Assembly (NCBI GenBank): GCA_943369595.1
Contig: CALRNU020000009.1
Location: 26,346 to 90,345, forward strand
DNA length: 64,000 bases
Source of the DNA: Synechococcus sp. UW140
GTDB taxonomy: Bacteria > Cyanobacteriota > Cyanobacteriia > PCC-6307 > Cyanobiaceae
Direction of reading: 5' to 3'
In this document: positions 36,205-45,099 of the stretch, one piece after another
Layout: each line of letters begins with the position of its first letter
How positions within the stretch are numbered: the stretch's first letter is position 1
Notes under the pieces: model-generated
Databases searched by the model: none
What the model was told of the DNA's origin: nothing
The model's input: the letters and a program-made list of their open reading frames with translations, nothing else
Made by a program: the position numbers and the translations under genes

Positions 36205-38892
36205 ATGCCGTTTTCAGCTCTTTCTAAAACAATTGAGAGTATTCGCCTACGTGAGCGGGATCGTGGCGAGGTGGATTGGGGACTTTGGGGTACATATCTG
36301 CCAGATCGACAGTGGGGCACTGTCAGAGAAGATTACTCTTCTAATGGGGATGCCTGGAGATCATTCCCCCATGATCACGCCCGCTCTAGGACCTATCGTT
36401 GGGGTGAAGATGGTTTACTCGGTATAACTGATCGTAATTGCTTGCTCTGTTTTGCTCCCTCATTTTGGAATGGCAAGGATCCGATCCTAAAGGAACGTTT
36501 TTTTGGCCTAGGCAATCACGAAGGGAACCATGGTGAAGATGTTAAGGAGTTGTATTACCATTTAGTTAATACCCCCACCCATAGTTATTCAAAAGCTCTT
36601 TATATATATCCGCAGACTGCATTCCCCTATGGCGATTTGGTTAAAAGTAATGCCGCCCTTAGCCGTGCCGATGCTGATTATGATATTGAAGATACTGGAG
36701 CTTTAGCTGGAGGTCGCTATTTTAAATGTTTTGTTGAATATGCCAAGGATTTTGCCGAAGATATTTTAGTACGGATCACCGTGGTGAATTGCGGGCCTGA
36801 TTCCGCTGATATTAGTGTCATTCCTACCCTATGGCTTCGCAACACCTGGAGTTGGGGGTATCCGGCTATCTCGCGTCAGCCGATTCGAGCCAATGATCAT
36901 CATTCTTTAATTACCCCTGCCCTTGATAAGCTTTCTGCGTACAATTTCTACTGTGACCAGAATCAGCAGTGGATGTTTACTGAGAATGAATCAAATAACC
37001 AGCTTTTGTTTGATCAGCCTAATGCTGCTTTGCATACCAAGGATGCTTTTCACCGTTATATAATTAACGGAGATTCCTCTGCAGTTAATCCTGATCGCGA
37101 AGGTACGAAGGTTGGCATGCTTTGTCAGCGTGAGTTGGATTCTGGTGAATCTTGGACTATCAAGTGCCGTTTAAGTAAAGATTCTAAAGCTAATCCTTTT
37201 AACTCGGGCTTTGATGTTGTCTTCCAGCAGCGTGAAGATGAAGCTCATCTGTTTTACGATTCTTACGTTCTTAAGTATCCCGACAATAATGATCTACGTA
37301 TTTTTAAGGCTTCTTCGGCTGGTTTGCTTTGGACTCGTAAATTTTATGCTTTTAATATTTATCGTTGGCTAAAGGGTGACCCTGGTTACCACGCTCCTAA
37401 TCCGTCTCGTTGGCAAACTGATTATGCAAAATGGAAGTATTTTGATGCCCATGATATTTTTAGCATGCCAGATGGTTGGGAATATCCTTATTTCTGTAAA
37501 TGGGATTTAATGTTCCATGCCGTGGCATTCGCAGATTTGGACCCTGCTTTTGCTAAAAATCAATGTAATATCCTACGTAGCCAACGTTTTGTCGCCCCAA
37601 ATGCCCAGGTGCCAGCCTATGAGTGGGCATTCTCAGATGTTGACCCACCCTTGGGAGCATGGGCGTCTTGGCAAACCTATGTAATTGATAGAAATGCCAC
37701 CGGCACTGCCGATAAACTCTTTCTTCAAGAATCTTTTAGCACCCTGTTGATTGAGTATGGCTGGTGGGCCAATCGTAACGACCGAACTGGTAGTAATTTA
37801 TTTGATGGTGGTTTTCTTGGTCTAGATAATATTTCACCATTTGACCGGCGTTTTCCATTGCCTGATGGGTCTGTTATCGAACAAGCAGATGGTACTGCTT
37901 GGATGGCACGCTCTGCCTTGTATATGCTCAAAATTTCCGTAGAACTAGCTGAATCTAATAATGATAGTTCGGAGTTGGTGCATCGTTTCGCCAGTGACTT
38001 TACCCATCTTGTTGCCTCCATGAATAGTGGATTTGGCAAGGGTTATCTTAATTGGGATCCTGATGATCATTTTTATTATGATATTTTGCGTCGACCTGAT
38101 GGTTCGACGCAGCACATTAAGGTGCGCTCTCTTACCGGTGTTATTCCGCTCCTTGCTGTTCAATCCTTTAGCGAAGAGCTTGTGCAGAGTTTCTCTGCCT
38201 TGGATTTAGATAAAAAATTACGCGATTATCTGTCATTGCATGGTATTGATGATTACTCTATCAGTTTGAATCATCTTGGCAAATGGGGCACTGGTCGCCA
38301 CCTATTTGCAGTAGCTTCTCCATTCAAGCTCCAAAAAATATGCCAATGGTTATTTGATGAATCTGAGTTCCTTTCGGAATTTGGCATTCGAGCTCTCTCA
38401 AAATATTATGAGCATAATCCCTATGAAATTAGTGTTGCAGGCGAAACCTACCGTATTCAATATGCCCCAGGTGAGAGCCCAGTCCCCATGTTTGGAGGAA
38501 ACTCTAACTGGCGCGGTCCAATTTGGATACCAATTAATTATTTGCTTATTGTTGCTTTCCGAGAGTATCATAGGGCCTTGGGCGATGAATATTTGCTTGA
38601 GTTCCCAAGTTATTCCGGCAAATTTATGAACCTTAGTGATATTGCTGATGAGCTTGAGCGCAGGATACTGTCAATATTTAAGCCAAGAGCTGATGGTTCT
38701 CGACCCTTCTCGCCTACGGGTACCTTCCTGGATAGTGATAGATCTCTGTCGGATGTATATCTATTTCACGAGTACTTTCATGGGGATACAGGCGAGGGGG
38801 TCGGAGCTAGCCATCAAACTGGTTGGACTGCCATGGTTCGTCGCATGGTTTTAGATTTAAATAAAAATTCTATTCAATCTAACGGAGTCTAA
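36205..38892 (+). CDS. GH63-like (alpha/alpha)6-barrel glycoside hydrolase, ~890-aa putative glucosidase (copy 2)
   Basis: 895 aa, collinear with copy 1 and sharing long identical blocks (RQWGTVREDYS, FPHDHARSRTYRWGEDGLLGI, GNHGED, WEYPYFC.WDLMFH, EYGWWANRNDR, GGFLGLDNI, FGGNSNWRGP.W.PINYLLI). Confidence 0.7.
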   Translation: MPFSALSKTIESIRLRERDRGEVDWGLWGTYLPDRQWGTVREDYSSNGDAWRSFPHDHARSRTYRWGEDGLLGITDRNCLLCFAPSFWNGKDPILKERFFGLGNHEGNHGEDVKELYYHLVNTPTHSYSKALYIYPQTAFPYGDLVKSNAALSRADADYDIEDTGALAGGRYFKCFVEYAKDFAEDILVRITVVNCGPDSADISVIPTLWLRNTWSWGYPAISRQPIRANDHHSLITPALDKLSAYNFYCDQNQQWMFTENESNNQLLFDQPNAALHTKDAFHRYIINGDSSAVNPDREGTKVGMLCQRELDSGESWTIKCRLSKDSKANPFNSGFDVVFQQREDEAHLFYDSYVLKYPDNNDLRIFKASSAGLLWTRKFYAFNIYRWLKGDPGYHAPNPSRWQTDYAKWKYFDAHDIFSMPDGWEYPYFCKWDLMFHAVAFADLDPAFAKNQCNILRSQRFVAPNAQVPAYEWAFSDVDPPLGAWASWQTYVIDRNATGTADKLFLQESFSTLLIEYGWWANRNDRTGSNLFDGGFLGLDNISPFDRRFPLPDGSVIEQADGTAWMARSALYMLKISVELAESNNDSSELVHRFASDFTHLVASMNSGFGKGYLNWDPDDHFYYDILRRPDGSTQHIKVRSLTGVIPLLAVQSFSEELVQSFSALDLDKKLRDYLSLHGIDDYSISLNHLGKWGTGRHLFAVASPFKLQKICQWLFDESEFLSEFGIRALSKYYEHNPYEISVAGETYRIQYAPGESPVPMFGGNSNWRGPIWIPINYLLIVAFREYHRALGDEYLLEFPSYSGKFMNLSDIADELERRILSIFKPRADGSRPFSPTGTFLDSDRSLSDVYLFHEYFHGDTGEGVGASHQTGWTAMVRRMVLDLNKNSIQSNGV

Positions 38893-38896
38893 TCTC

Positions 38897-39370
38897 ATGT
38901 TAAATCTCTCTAGTGTTAGTGTCGAGAAGGCCAGTGGATCTTTTCAACTGCTAGACGAATTAAGAGGTTCAGTCCTCTTGATTGTGAATGTAGCCAGTGA
39001 ATGCCATTTTACCGGTCAATATCATGCCTTAAGGCAGCTTGATCTTCTTTATGGCCCCAGGGGGCTTCGTATATTGGCATTCCCATGTAATGATTTTGGC
39101 AATCAAGAGCCATTGCCAATTTTAGAGATTCAGAGATATGTTGATAACTCTTTTCGTTTGCCCTTTAAGCTTTATGCAAAAGTTAATATTTTGACTAATA
39201 AATCAGCCCCTTATGATCTTTTGACTGCCCCGCCGGCTCCCCAAATTAAATGGAACTTTGAAAAGTTTCTTGTAGATAGAAAACTCAACGTTGTTGCCCA
39301 TTTTGATACGTCAATCGCGCCCCAGCACCCGGATTTAACAGGAAGAATCGAGCAGCTCTTAATGGAGTAG
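38897..39370 (+). CDS. gpx: Glutathione peroxidase (Cys-type)
   Basis: NVASECHFTG (Cys codon TGC at 39002-39004), FPCNDFGNQEP, WNFEKFLVDR. Starts 4 nt after the second GH63-like gene. Confidence 0.85.
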   Translation: MLNLSSVSVEKASGSFQLLDELRGSVLLIVNVASECHFTGQYHALRQLDLLYGPRGLRILAFPCNDFGNQEPLPILEIQRYVDNSFRLPFKLYAKVNILTNKSAPYDLLTAPPAPQIKWNFEKFLVDRKLNVVAHFDTSIAPQHPDLTGRIEQLLME

Positions 39371-39488
39371 AATTGCTATTGTTTTTCTTTTGGTTATTTT
39401 ATGACCACAACGGTCGCTGTGTTAGTTGTAATTTTATAGTATCATTATAAGTCTTTATTTTTGTTTTTAGCTTCTTTTTTTTGCACCC

Positions 39489-40652
39489 ATGACTTACTCC
39501 TTCAATTTTTCTGCATTCGTTAGGCGGCCTCTGGGCGTGGGCATTTCTCTGGTAGTACCTTTGCTTGCCGCTGCAACTGTTGGTGGACCTCTGCGCTCTG
39601 CTCCGCAGATTCAGGAGGCTACGGTGGTGGCTAAATCAGTGGACTTACCCTGGAATGGCGTCACAGTTTCATCAACTGGAAGACTATTCGCTAGTTTGCC
39701 TCGTGAGAGTAATTCTAAGTTTACGCCTTCAGTTGCCGAGATAATGCCTGATGGCAAGCTCAGGGCATACCCTGGAGGCCACTGGAATAATTATAAATTA
39801 GGCGAAATTGGTAACGATAAATTTGTTGGCATTAATTCAGTTGTATCTGATGCTAATGACATGCTCTGGGTGGTTGATCCAGCAGGGGTCGGTGGTAAGC
39901 CAATTAAAGGAAAGGCCAAGCTTGTTCAAATTGATCTTAAGACTAATACGGTTAAGCGAGTTTATCCATTAGGACTATCAGTCATACCTGAAGGCGGCTT
40001 TATTAATGATGTTAGAGTATCTGAAGGCTTTGCCTTTTTGCCCGATTCAAGCCTTGGCGCCTTAATTGTTCTGAATTTAAACACTGGCAAAGCCAGGCGA
40101 GTTTTGGCTCAGGATTCCCGTCTTCGTTCAGATCAAAATCTAAAGCTCACAGTTAATGGCAAGCTTTATTTGAATTCAAAGGGTAGGTTGCCAAATGGCA
40201 ACATGAGCGTAAATCCTGTAGAGGTTTCCCCCGACGGTCGCTACTTCTATTTCCAGCCCAGTGGCGGGCCCCGTCTGTTGAGGTTGCCTACTAGATTGTT
40301 GAAGGATTTTTCTGTATCTGATCAGCAGCTTTCCGCTGCCGTTGAGGATATGGGGCCTGGGCCTTTTAATGCTGGTATGACAATGACTCGGGATGGTTCT
40401 ATCTATTTTAGTGATATCGAGAAGGGTGGCATAACTAGGCGCAAGCCTGATGGTAGCTTCGAGCTTATAGCCCAAGGGCCTTGGTCAATTCTCGTATGGC
40501 CAGATGCTTCTCGCCTCGGTCCTGATGGCTACCTCTATTTCCCTTCTTCTCAAATAAATCGTTTTGCTGGCAACAGCCCCACTGGTAAGTTAGAGATTAA
40601 ATATCCATTTCATATGTTTAAAGTAAAGTTGCCTGTCGGGGCAGATTCCTAA
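39489..40652 (+). CDS. Secreted beta-propeller protein, MRJP/yellow-like
   Basis: N-terminal hydrophobic signal-like segment. LWVVDPAG...KLVQIDLKTNTVKRVYPL...INDVRV...AFLPDSSLGALIVLNLNTGKARRV...SPDGRYFYFQP fits the major-royal-jelly/yellow family pattern as I recall it. An SGL/NHL-type propeller cannot be excluded. Confidence 0.55.
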   Translation: MTYSFNFSAFVRRPLGVGISLVVPLLAAATVGGPLRSAPQIQEATVVAKSVDLPWNGVTVSSTGRLFASLPRESNSKFTPSVAEIMPDGKLRAYPGGHWNNYKLGEIGNDKFVGINSVVSDANDMLWVVDPAGVGGKPIKGKAKLVQIDLKTNTVKRVYPLGLSVIPEGGFINDVRVSEGFAFLPDSSLGALIVLNLNTGKARRVLAQDSRLRSDQNLKLTVNGKLYLNSKGRLPNGNMSVNPVEVSPDGRYFYFQPSGGPRLLRLPTRLLKDFSVSDQQLSAAVEDMGPGPFNAGMTMTRDGSIYFSDIEKGGITRRKPDGSFELIAQGPWSILVWPDASRLGPDGYLYFPSSQINRFAGNSPTGKLEIKYPFHMFKVKLPVGADS

Positions 40653-40724
40653 TATCTGCATAGCGTCACACGCTGCCAGTTTTTCTGGGCTTGAGGGGAT
40701 AATGAATTACTTGTTTTTCAAAAA

Positions 40725-41621
40725 TTGTTGGCTCAGACCCCTGCAGCCTTGGCTTTATGGCTCAAGGGCTGCCTGCTTATGGTGGGTCTTGTTGCTTGCC
40801 CTAGCTTGGCAAGAGCGGAATTATCCGAATCTCTTGCAGTCCCTCAATCTCAGCCAGATACCTATGAACTAGTTGTTCCCAATGATACTTTTAAGTTTTT
40901 GCTTGCACCCTTTCAGTCTTCAAATAGGTTTGAATATAATCATTACCAACCTTTGCTGATCGGGATTAATGAGCAGCTATTTGTTGACAATACTATTTAT
41001 GCTAAACAGCGGCCAGTTGAAACTAGTAATCTTGATAGCTCTTATGTTCAGGCAATTGGGGAGAGTGTTCGATTGGGGTATCGCAGATTGTTGCGGGGAC
41101 ATGATTCATTTTGGGGCGTGAATGCTGGATATGACAGCGCACTTCAGGCTGGTTATTATTATCAACAGCTTGGGCTCGGTTTTGAAATTACTTCGCCTAA
41201 TTTCCAGCTTGTTAGTACTTTTGCTGCGCCCATAGGAAATCGCAGTTATTCAAGTCCTGGTGAGGCGGTGCTTTCCCCCTTCAATATTCAGGTTACCCTC
41301 CCCACTGGCGTGCCAAACCTCTCAGTTTTGCCACGTTTTTATTATGTTTATGATCATATTGGTGATTCATCTCCTGGTGGTCAGTTGCAGCTTAACTATT
41401 CTTTGAGCCCCCAGTTAACTCTAGAGTTTGCTGTTAGTTATGATTATCTTTCCGGAAGCGGCGGTGCCCTTGAGCTTAAGTGGAGGCCTAATGTTCCGGT
41501 TGCATCCCAGGGTCGGGCACTGATTAACCCTGCTATTCTCGGATCCTATGCAGGTCCAGTGGGTAATAATGGCACTAGAATTATTCGACTAACAGGTTCA
41601 GACCCGGCTTTTGGGGAGTAA
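40725..41621 (+). CDS. Putative outer-membrane beta-barrel (inverse-autotransporter beta-domain-like) lipoprotein
   Basis: TTG start. Signal peptide with lipobox-like GLVAC. Alternating-hydrophobicity strands. LGYRRLL....FWGVNAGYD......QQLGLGFEI....FQL..T resembles the intimin/invasin beta-domain repeat pattern. The functional call is tentative. Confidence 0.4.
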   Translation: MLAQTPAALALWLKGCLLMVGLVACPSLARAELSESLAVPQSQPDTYELVVPNDTFKFLLAPFQSSNRFEYNHYQPLLIGINEQLFVDNTIYAKQRPVETSNLDSSYVQAIGESVRLGYRRLLRGHDSFWGVNAGYDSALQAGYYYQQLGLGFEITSPNFQLVSTFAAPIGNRSYSSPGEAVLSPFNIQVTLPTGVPNLSVLPRFYYVYDHIGDSSPGGQLQLNYSLSPQLTLEFAVSYDYLSGSGGALELKWRPNVPVASQGRALINPAILGSYAGPVGNNGTRIIRLTGSDPAFGE

Positions 41622-41693
41622 GGTAAGCTTGCGTTAGTTTATCTTAGCTAAAACGTAGATTTGTCGTTTTTCTTTCTAAGTTTTTTTAATTTT

Positions 41694-42200
41694 TTAGGTT
41701 CCCAGATTGATAAGTAGTGGCTTCAAAATACTAATATCTATCGAATATGCGCCACCACCGCAGGTGATCAAAACTAATGCCATTACAACATAAAGAAGTG
41801 CTTTCTCCCAACTTGGCGGATCCCCAACTCCCATGGGGCCGGCATAATCACCTTTCGGGATTTGAAAGGGATCTGGCGCTATGAAAGGGAATCCCTTGGA
41901 TATTTCTAGCACTATGGCATAAGCCATTGAAAAGAGGATCCCCAGGGATGCCGCACCGCTGAAAACTCCTGGCACAAGGGCTATGCCCCCTAGCCACATA
42001 GAGTAAGCAGATAGTCCACAAAGAATGGTTGGGGTATTCATAGCCTTAGCCCAGGTGCTTAGGTATCTAACTTTGGGCCAGCCATGGCGGATGAATGCCA
42101 CTGCCATAGTGAGCCTTAGCACTAAAAGGCCGGAGGATGAGATAGCAGTTGCTGATTCTGGGAACAGCAGTTCTGCGAAGGTCGCGGAATCCATTGGCAA
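41694..42200 (-). CDS. DoxX-family membrane protein
   Basis: 168 aa with 4 hydrophobic helices. LLVLRLTMAVAFIRHGWPK is a DoxX-like N-terminal motif. Confidence 0.7.
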   Translation of the reverse strand: MPMDSATFAELLFPESATAISSSGLLVLRLTMAVAFIRHGWPKVRYLSTWAKAMNTPTILCGLSAYSMWLGGIALVPGVFSGAASLGILFSMAYAIVLEISKGFPFIAPDPFQIPKGDYAGPMGVGDPPSWEKALLYVVMALVLITCGGGAYSIDISILKPLLINLGT

Positions 42201-42237
42201 GGTGAGGGTTTACAGAGTGTGGTTAAAATGATCTCTG

Positions 42238-43203
42238 CTAATCTCCAATTAGCAGTAAAGCATGGCCATCTGGATCTCGGACCTGAAATCCTTGATTACC
42301 TCCCCATAGCTGGGGAGGTAATGGAACTAATGGACCTTGGGAAATTGCTGAATTGGTTTGGCTAAGTTTCTGATGAAGCTTAGCTACGTCTTCCACAATC
42401 ATGCTAGTTCGCCATTCACTTAGATCTGTTGCTTGGGGATTGAGTCGCTCTCGCCGCTGGGAATTTGGTTGTTGGTAGTCTAGAAATTCAATTCCCATGC
42501 CCATGTCTTCTGGTCGTAAGCTTGATATAAATACCTTGGTATTGGCAAGCCCATCCATATCGTCTTGTTCTTGACCGTGATTTATTGATTCACCAACAAG
42601 TTTAAATCTAAGCAGCTCTTGATAAAATTCTCGGCTTTGCTTGGTATCGCTAATGCCAATGGCCGTGTGGTCGATGCCCATAAAAAGCGGAGCATCCAAA
42701 GTATGCCAACGCCGGTCCCCTTTGTCAGTTGGGAATTCCAGTATCTCTATGGCATGACCTATTTGGTCTTTGAACTTAACTGCTTTGATATTTGCGGCTC
42801 CCTGATTCCAGCTTGGTAGTGTTTGTGGTGCCGTGGATATCTGCTGTGCTTGATTTGCCCCCATCCCAAATGCTTGTTTTAAATCTTTCACCACTATGCA
42901 GATATGTTGAAACCACAGGTCGTTACTTTGGGAGTCAGGGGGAATTGACTTTCCTGCTGAATGTTTGCCATTTGCATCTATATTATTTTCAAAAGACCAT
43001 AGCTCGAGTCTCTCCTGTCCCAGGCTTAGTGTGGCTATGGAAGCTTTTGCCCCTGGCGATCTTATTAAATCCCCCAAATATGGCTCAGATATGTTTTTAA
43101 TGTTGACCAGTTTAAAGTTTAGGGTTTTGCAATACCAGCTTATTTGGCTTTCAAGCTGCTGGGTTGTTTGCCCAATGCTTTTAATCTTAAGCACTCTGCT
43201 CAT
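42238..43203 (-). CDS. Two-domain VOC (glyoxalase/bleomycin-resistance/extradiol dioxygenase) superfamily protein
   Basis: 321 aa with two repeats of the VOC fold pattern (FQHICIVVKDL...IEILEF and IDHTAIGISDTKQSREFYQELLRFKL...IEFLDY...DPDGHALLL). Confidence 0.72.
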   Translation of the reverse strand: MSRVLKIKSIGQTTQQLESQISWYCKTLNFKLVNIKNISEPYLGDLIRSPGAKASIATLSLGQERLELWSFENNIDANGKHSAGKSIPPDSQSNDLWFQHICIVVKDLKQAFGMGANQAQQISTAPQTLPSWNQGAANIKAVKFKDQIGHAIEILEFPTDKGDRRWHTLDAPLFMGIDHTAIGISDTKQSREFYQELLRFKLVGESINHGQEQDDMDGLANTKVFISSLRPEDMGMGIEFLDYQQPNSQRRERLNPQATDLSEWRTSMIVEDVAKLHQKLSQTNSAISQGPLVPLPPQLWGGNQGFQVRDPDGHALLLIGD

Positions 43204-44078
43204 CGTGCTTCCTCTTCATTCCTGCCGCTTATGCTTAGTACCCCACCCACGCATATCAATAATGTTCCAATAATTGTGCCAGGATCCAGCTGCTCTTTGA
43301 AAATTACCCAGCCAAGAATGGCCGCAAATACTACTGAGCTGTATTGGAAGGCGCCAATTTCGTGGGGTTTTGCATAGGTATAGGCTTTAATTAGTAGAAA
43401 TTGGAAGCAAACCAGGCAGCCACCAGTTGCGAGCATGATCAGGGCTTGCTCATGGTTAATTGGTTGTATTTTCCCGATTACCAGTAGAGATGAAAGTATG
43501 GTGCCAATCAAAAGGAAGTAAAACATTTGTGTTATTGGAGATTCGGTTTCGTCTAGCTGCTTAACTGCTAGAAATTCGACTGCCGTAACAAAACCAGCGC
43601 CAAGGCCAAGAAGGTTTCCAGGATTTGTGAATATCGTTGAATCTGGCTTGACAATAATTACCATTCCCGCGAAGCCAAGGGCAATGGCCACCCATAACCT
43701 TTTGTCTATTTTTGTATGAAGAAATAGGAGGGCAAGTAACGGAATGAATATTGGTGTGGTGTTAAGTAGGACGTTGGCATTTACTAGGCTTGTTAGTTGA
43801 GCAGCCGCAATAAACAGTAGAAATCCCGCTATGCCTGTGCCGCCCCTTACCAGGTGTATTTTAAAGACATTGGTTTTTAAATCTTTAAATTTCCTTGATC
43901 CTGCTATGGGGATAATTATGATTAAAGCGCTTAGAAAAGTGACCCATGTGAACATTTCTACGCTAAGTTGGGCCTCTAATACCTTGCCGAAGACGCTTTG
44001 GATTGTGTTTGCTAAAAAGGCAAGTACTAGGAAGATAGACCCCAGTAGTAAGGATTCTTTTGGGGCTGGGAGCATCAC
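43200..44078 (-). CDS. DMT-superfamily (EamA-type) transporter
   Basis: 292 aa with about 10 TM helices in two EamA-like halves. Its stop overlaps the VOC gene start (ATGA). Confidence 0.78.
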   Translation of the reverse strand: MMLPAPKESLLLGSIFLVLAFLANTIQSVFGKVLEAQLSVEMFTWVTFLSALIIIIPIAGSRKFKDLKTNVFKIHLVRGGTGIAGFLLFIAAAQLTSLVNANVLLNTTPIFIPLLALLFLHTKIDKRLWVAIALGFAGMVIIVKPDSTIFTNPGNLLGLGAGFVTAVEFLAVKQLDETESPITQMFYFLLIGTILSSLLVIGKIQPINHEQALIMLATGGCLVCFQFLLIKAYTYAKPHEIGAFQYSSVVFAAILGWVIFKEQLDPGTIIGTLLICVGGVLSISGRNEEEAR

Positions 44079-44246
44079 TGTTTGAATCTTTCAATCGCTA
44101 GCTTAAGGCCCAAGTGCATTCCTGGCTAGCACCCAGGCTGCGGTGTGCATTTCCTAACATTTGTGCCCTGCGGTGGTGGCAATGGGGCTGCATAAGTAGA
44201 TTCAAAAAGATCTGCATCCGCAGTTACCGGTCTTCACCTCTTCCTA

Positions 44247-45023
44247 ATGTCTGAGCAATTTTTGAAAGGCAAGGTTGCCATTGTCACCGGTGCCAACAGC
44301 GGCATCGGCAAATCCGTCGCCCAGGAACTCGCCCGCCGCGGTGCCCAGGTGGTGATCAATTATCGTTCCCATCCAGAACAGACCGAAGCGATATTATCTG
44401 AGATCTCAGCTTCTGGTGGCATTGCCTCCGGCGCCCAGGCAGACGTAACTGATCTTGCGGCGCTTCAAGGGGTCGTTGATTTTGCTGTGAAAACCTACGG
44501 GCGGCTGGATATTATGGTTAACAATGCTGGTCTTGAGACCCGCACATCGATTCTTGATACAACTCCCGACGACTACGACAAGGTTCTCGACGTAAATTTA
44601 AAGAGTACTTTCTTTGGTACTCAGTTTGCCGCCAAGCAAATGATTCTTCAGGGGGGTGGAGGTCGCGTTATTAATATTTCATCTGTCCATGAAGATTGGC
44701 CAATGCCAAATAATACGGCCTATTGTTTGGCCAAGGGCGGTGTCCGTATGTTGGCCCGCACCGCTGGTGTTGAGCTTGCTCCCCATGGGGTTACGGTCGT
44801 GAATGTGGGTCCTGGCGCAGTTAATACACCCATTAATGCGCCAACTATTAATAATCCAGAGCTTTTGGCAAAGCTCAATTCTGCTATTCCCTTGGGGCGG
44901 ATGGCTGAGCCAGTGGAAATTGCCGCAGTAGTTGCCTTTTTGGCCAGTGATGCTGCCAGCTATATAACCGCCACCTCGGTGTTTGCTGATGGTGGAATTA
45001 TGCAGTCCAGCCCAGGCCTTTGA
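44247..45023 (+). CDS. gdh: Short-chain dehydrogenase, glucose 1-dehydrogenase-like
   Basis: KGKVAIVTGANSGIGK, VVINYRS, NNAG, catalytic SSVHE...YCLAKGG, NVGPGAVNTPIN, and a FADGG tail. It is close along its whole length to Bacillus-type glucose 1-dehydrogenase as I remember it. Confidence 0.8.
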   Translation: MSEQFLKGKVAIVTGANSGIGKSVAQELARRGAQVVINYRSHPEQTEAILSEISASGGIASGAQADVTDLAALQGVVDFAVKTYGRLDIMVNNAGLETRTSILDTTPDDYDKVLDVNLKSTFFGTQFAAKQMILQGGGGRVINISSVHEDWPMPNNTAYCLAKGGVRMLARTAGVELAPHGVTVVNVGPGAVNTPINAPTINNPELLAKLNSAIPLGRMAEPVEIAAVVAFLASDAASYITATSVFADGGIMQSSPGL

Positions 45024-45099
45024 TCTTTTTAGGCAAGCAATCACCCAGCAATTTCTGCCTTGCTTTTGTAATCGATTTTCTTTTTTTAGATTTGTAGCT

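Noticed and set aside
38999-39004. Possibility that the glutathione peroxidase is a selenoprotein with an in-frame TGA.
   Set aside because: The catalytic position is encoded by TGC (Cys) at 39002-39004 and the frame is uninterrupted, so there is no Sec recoding.
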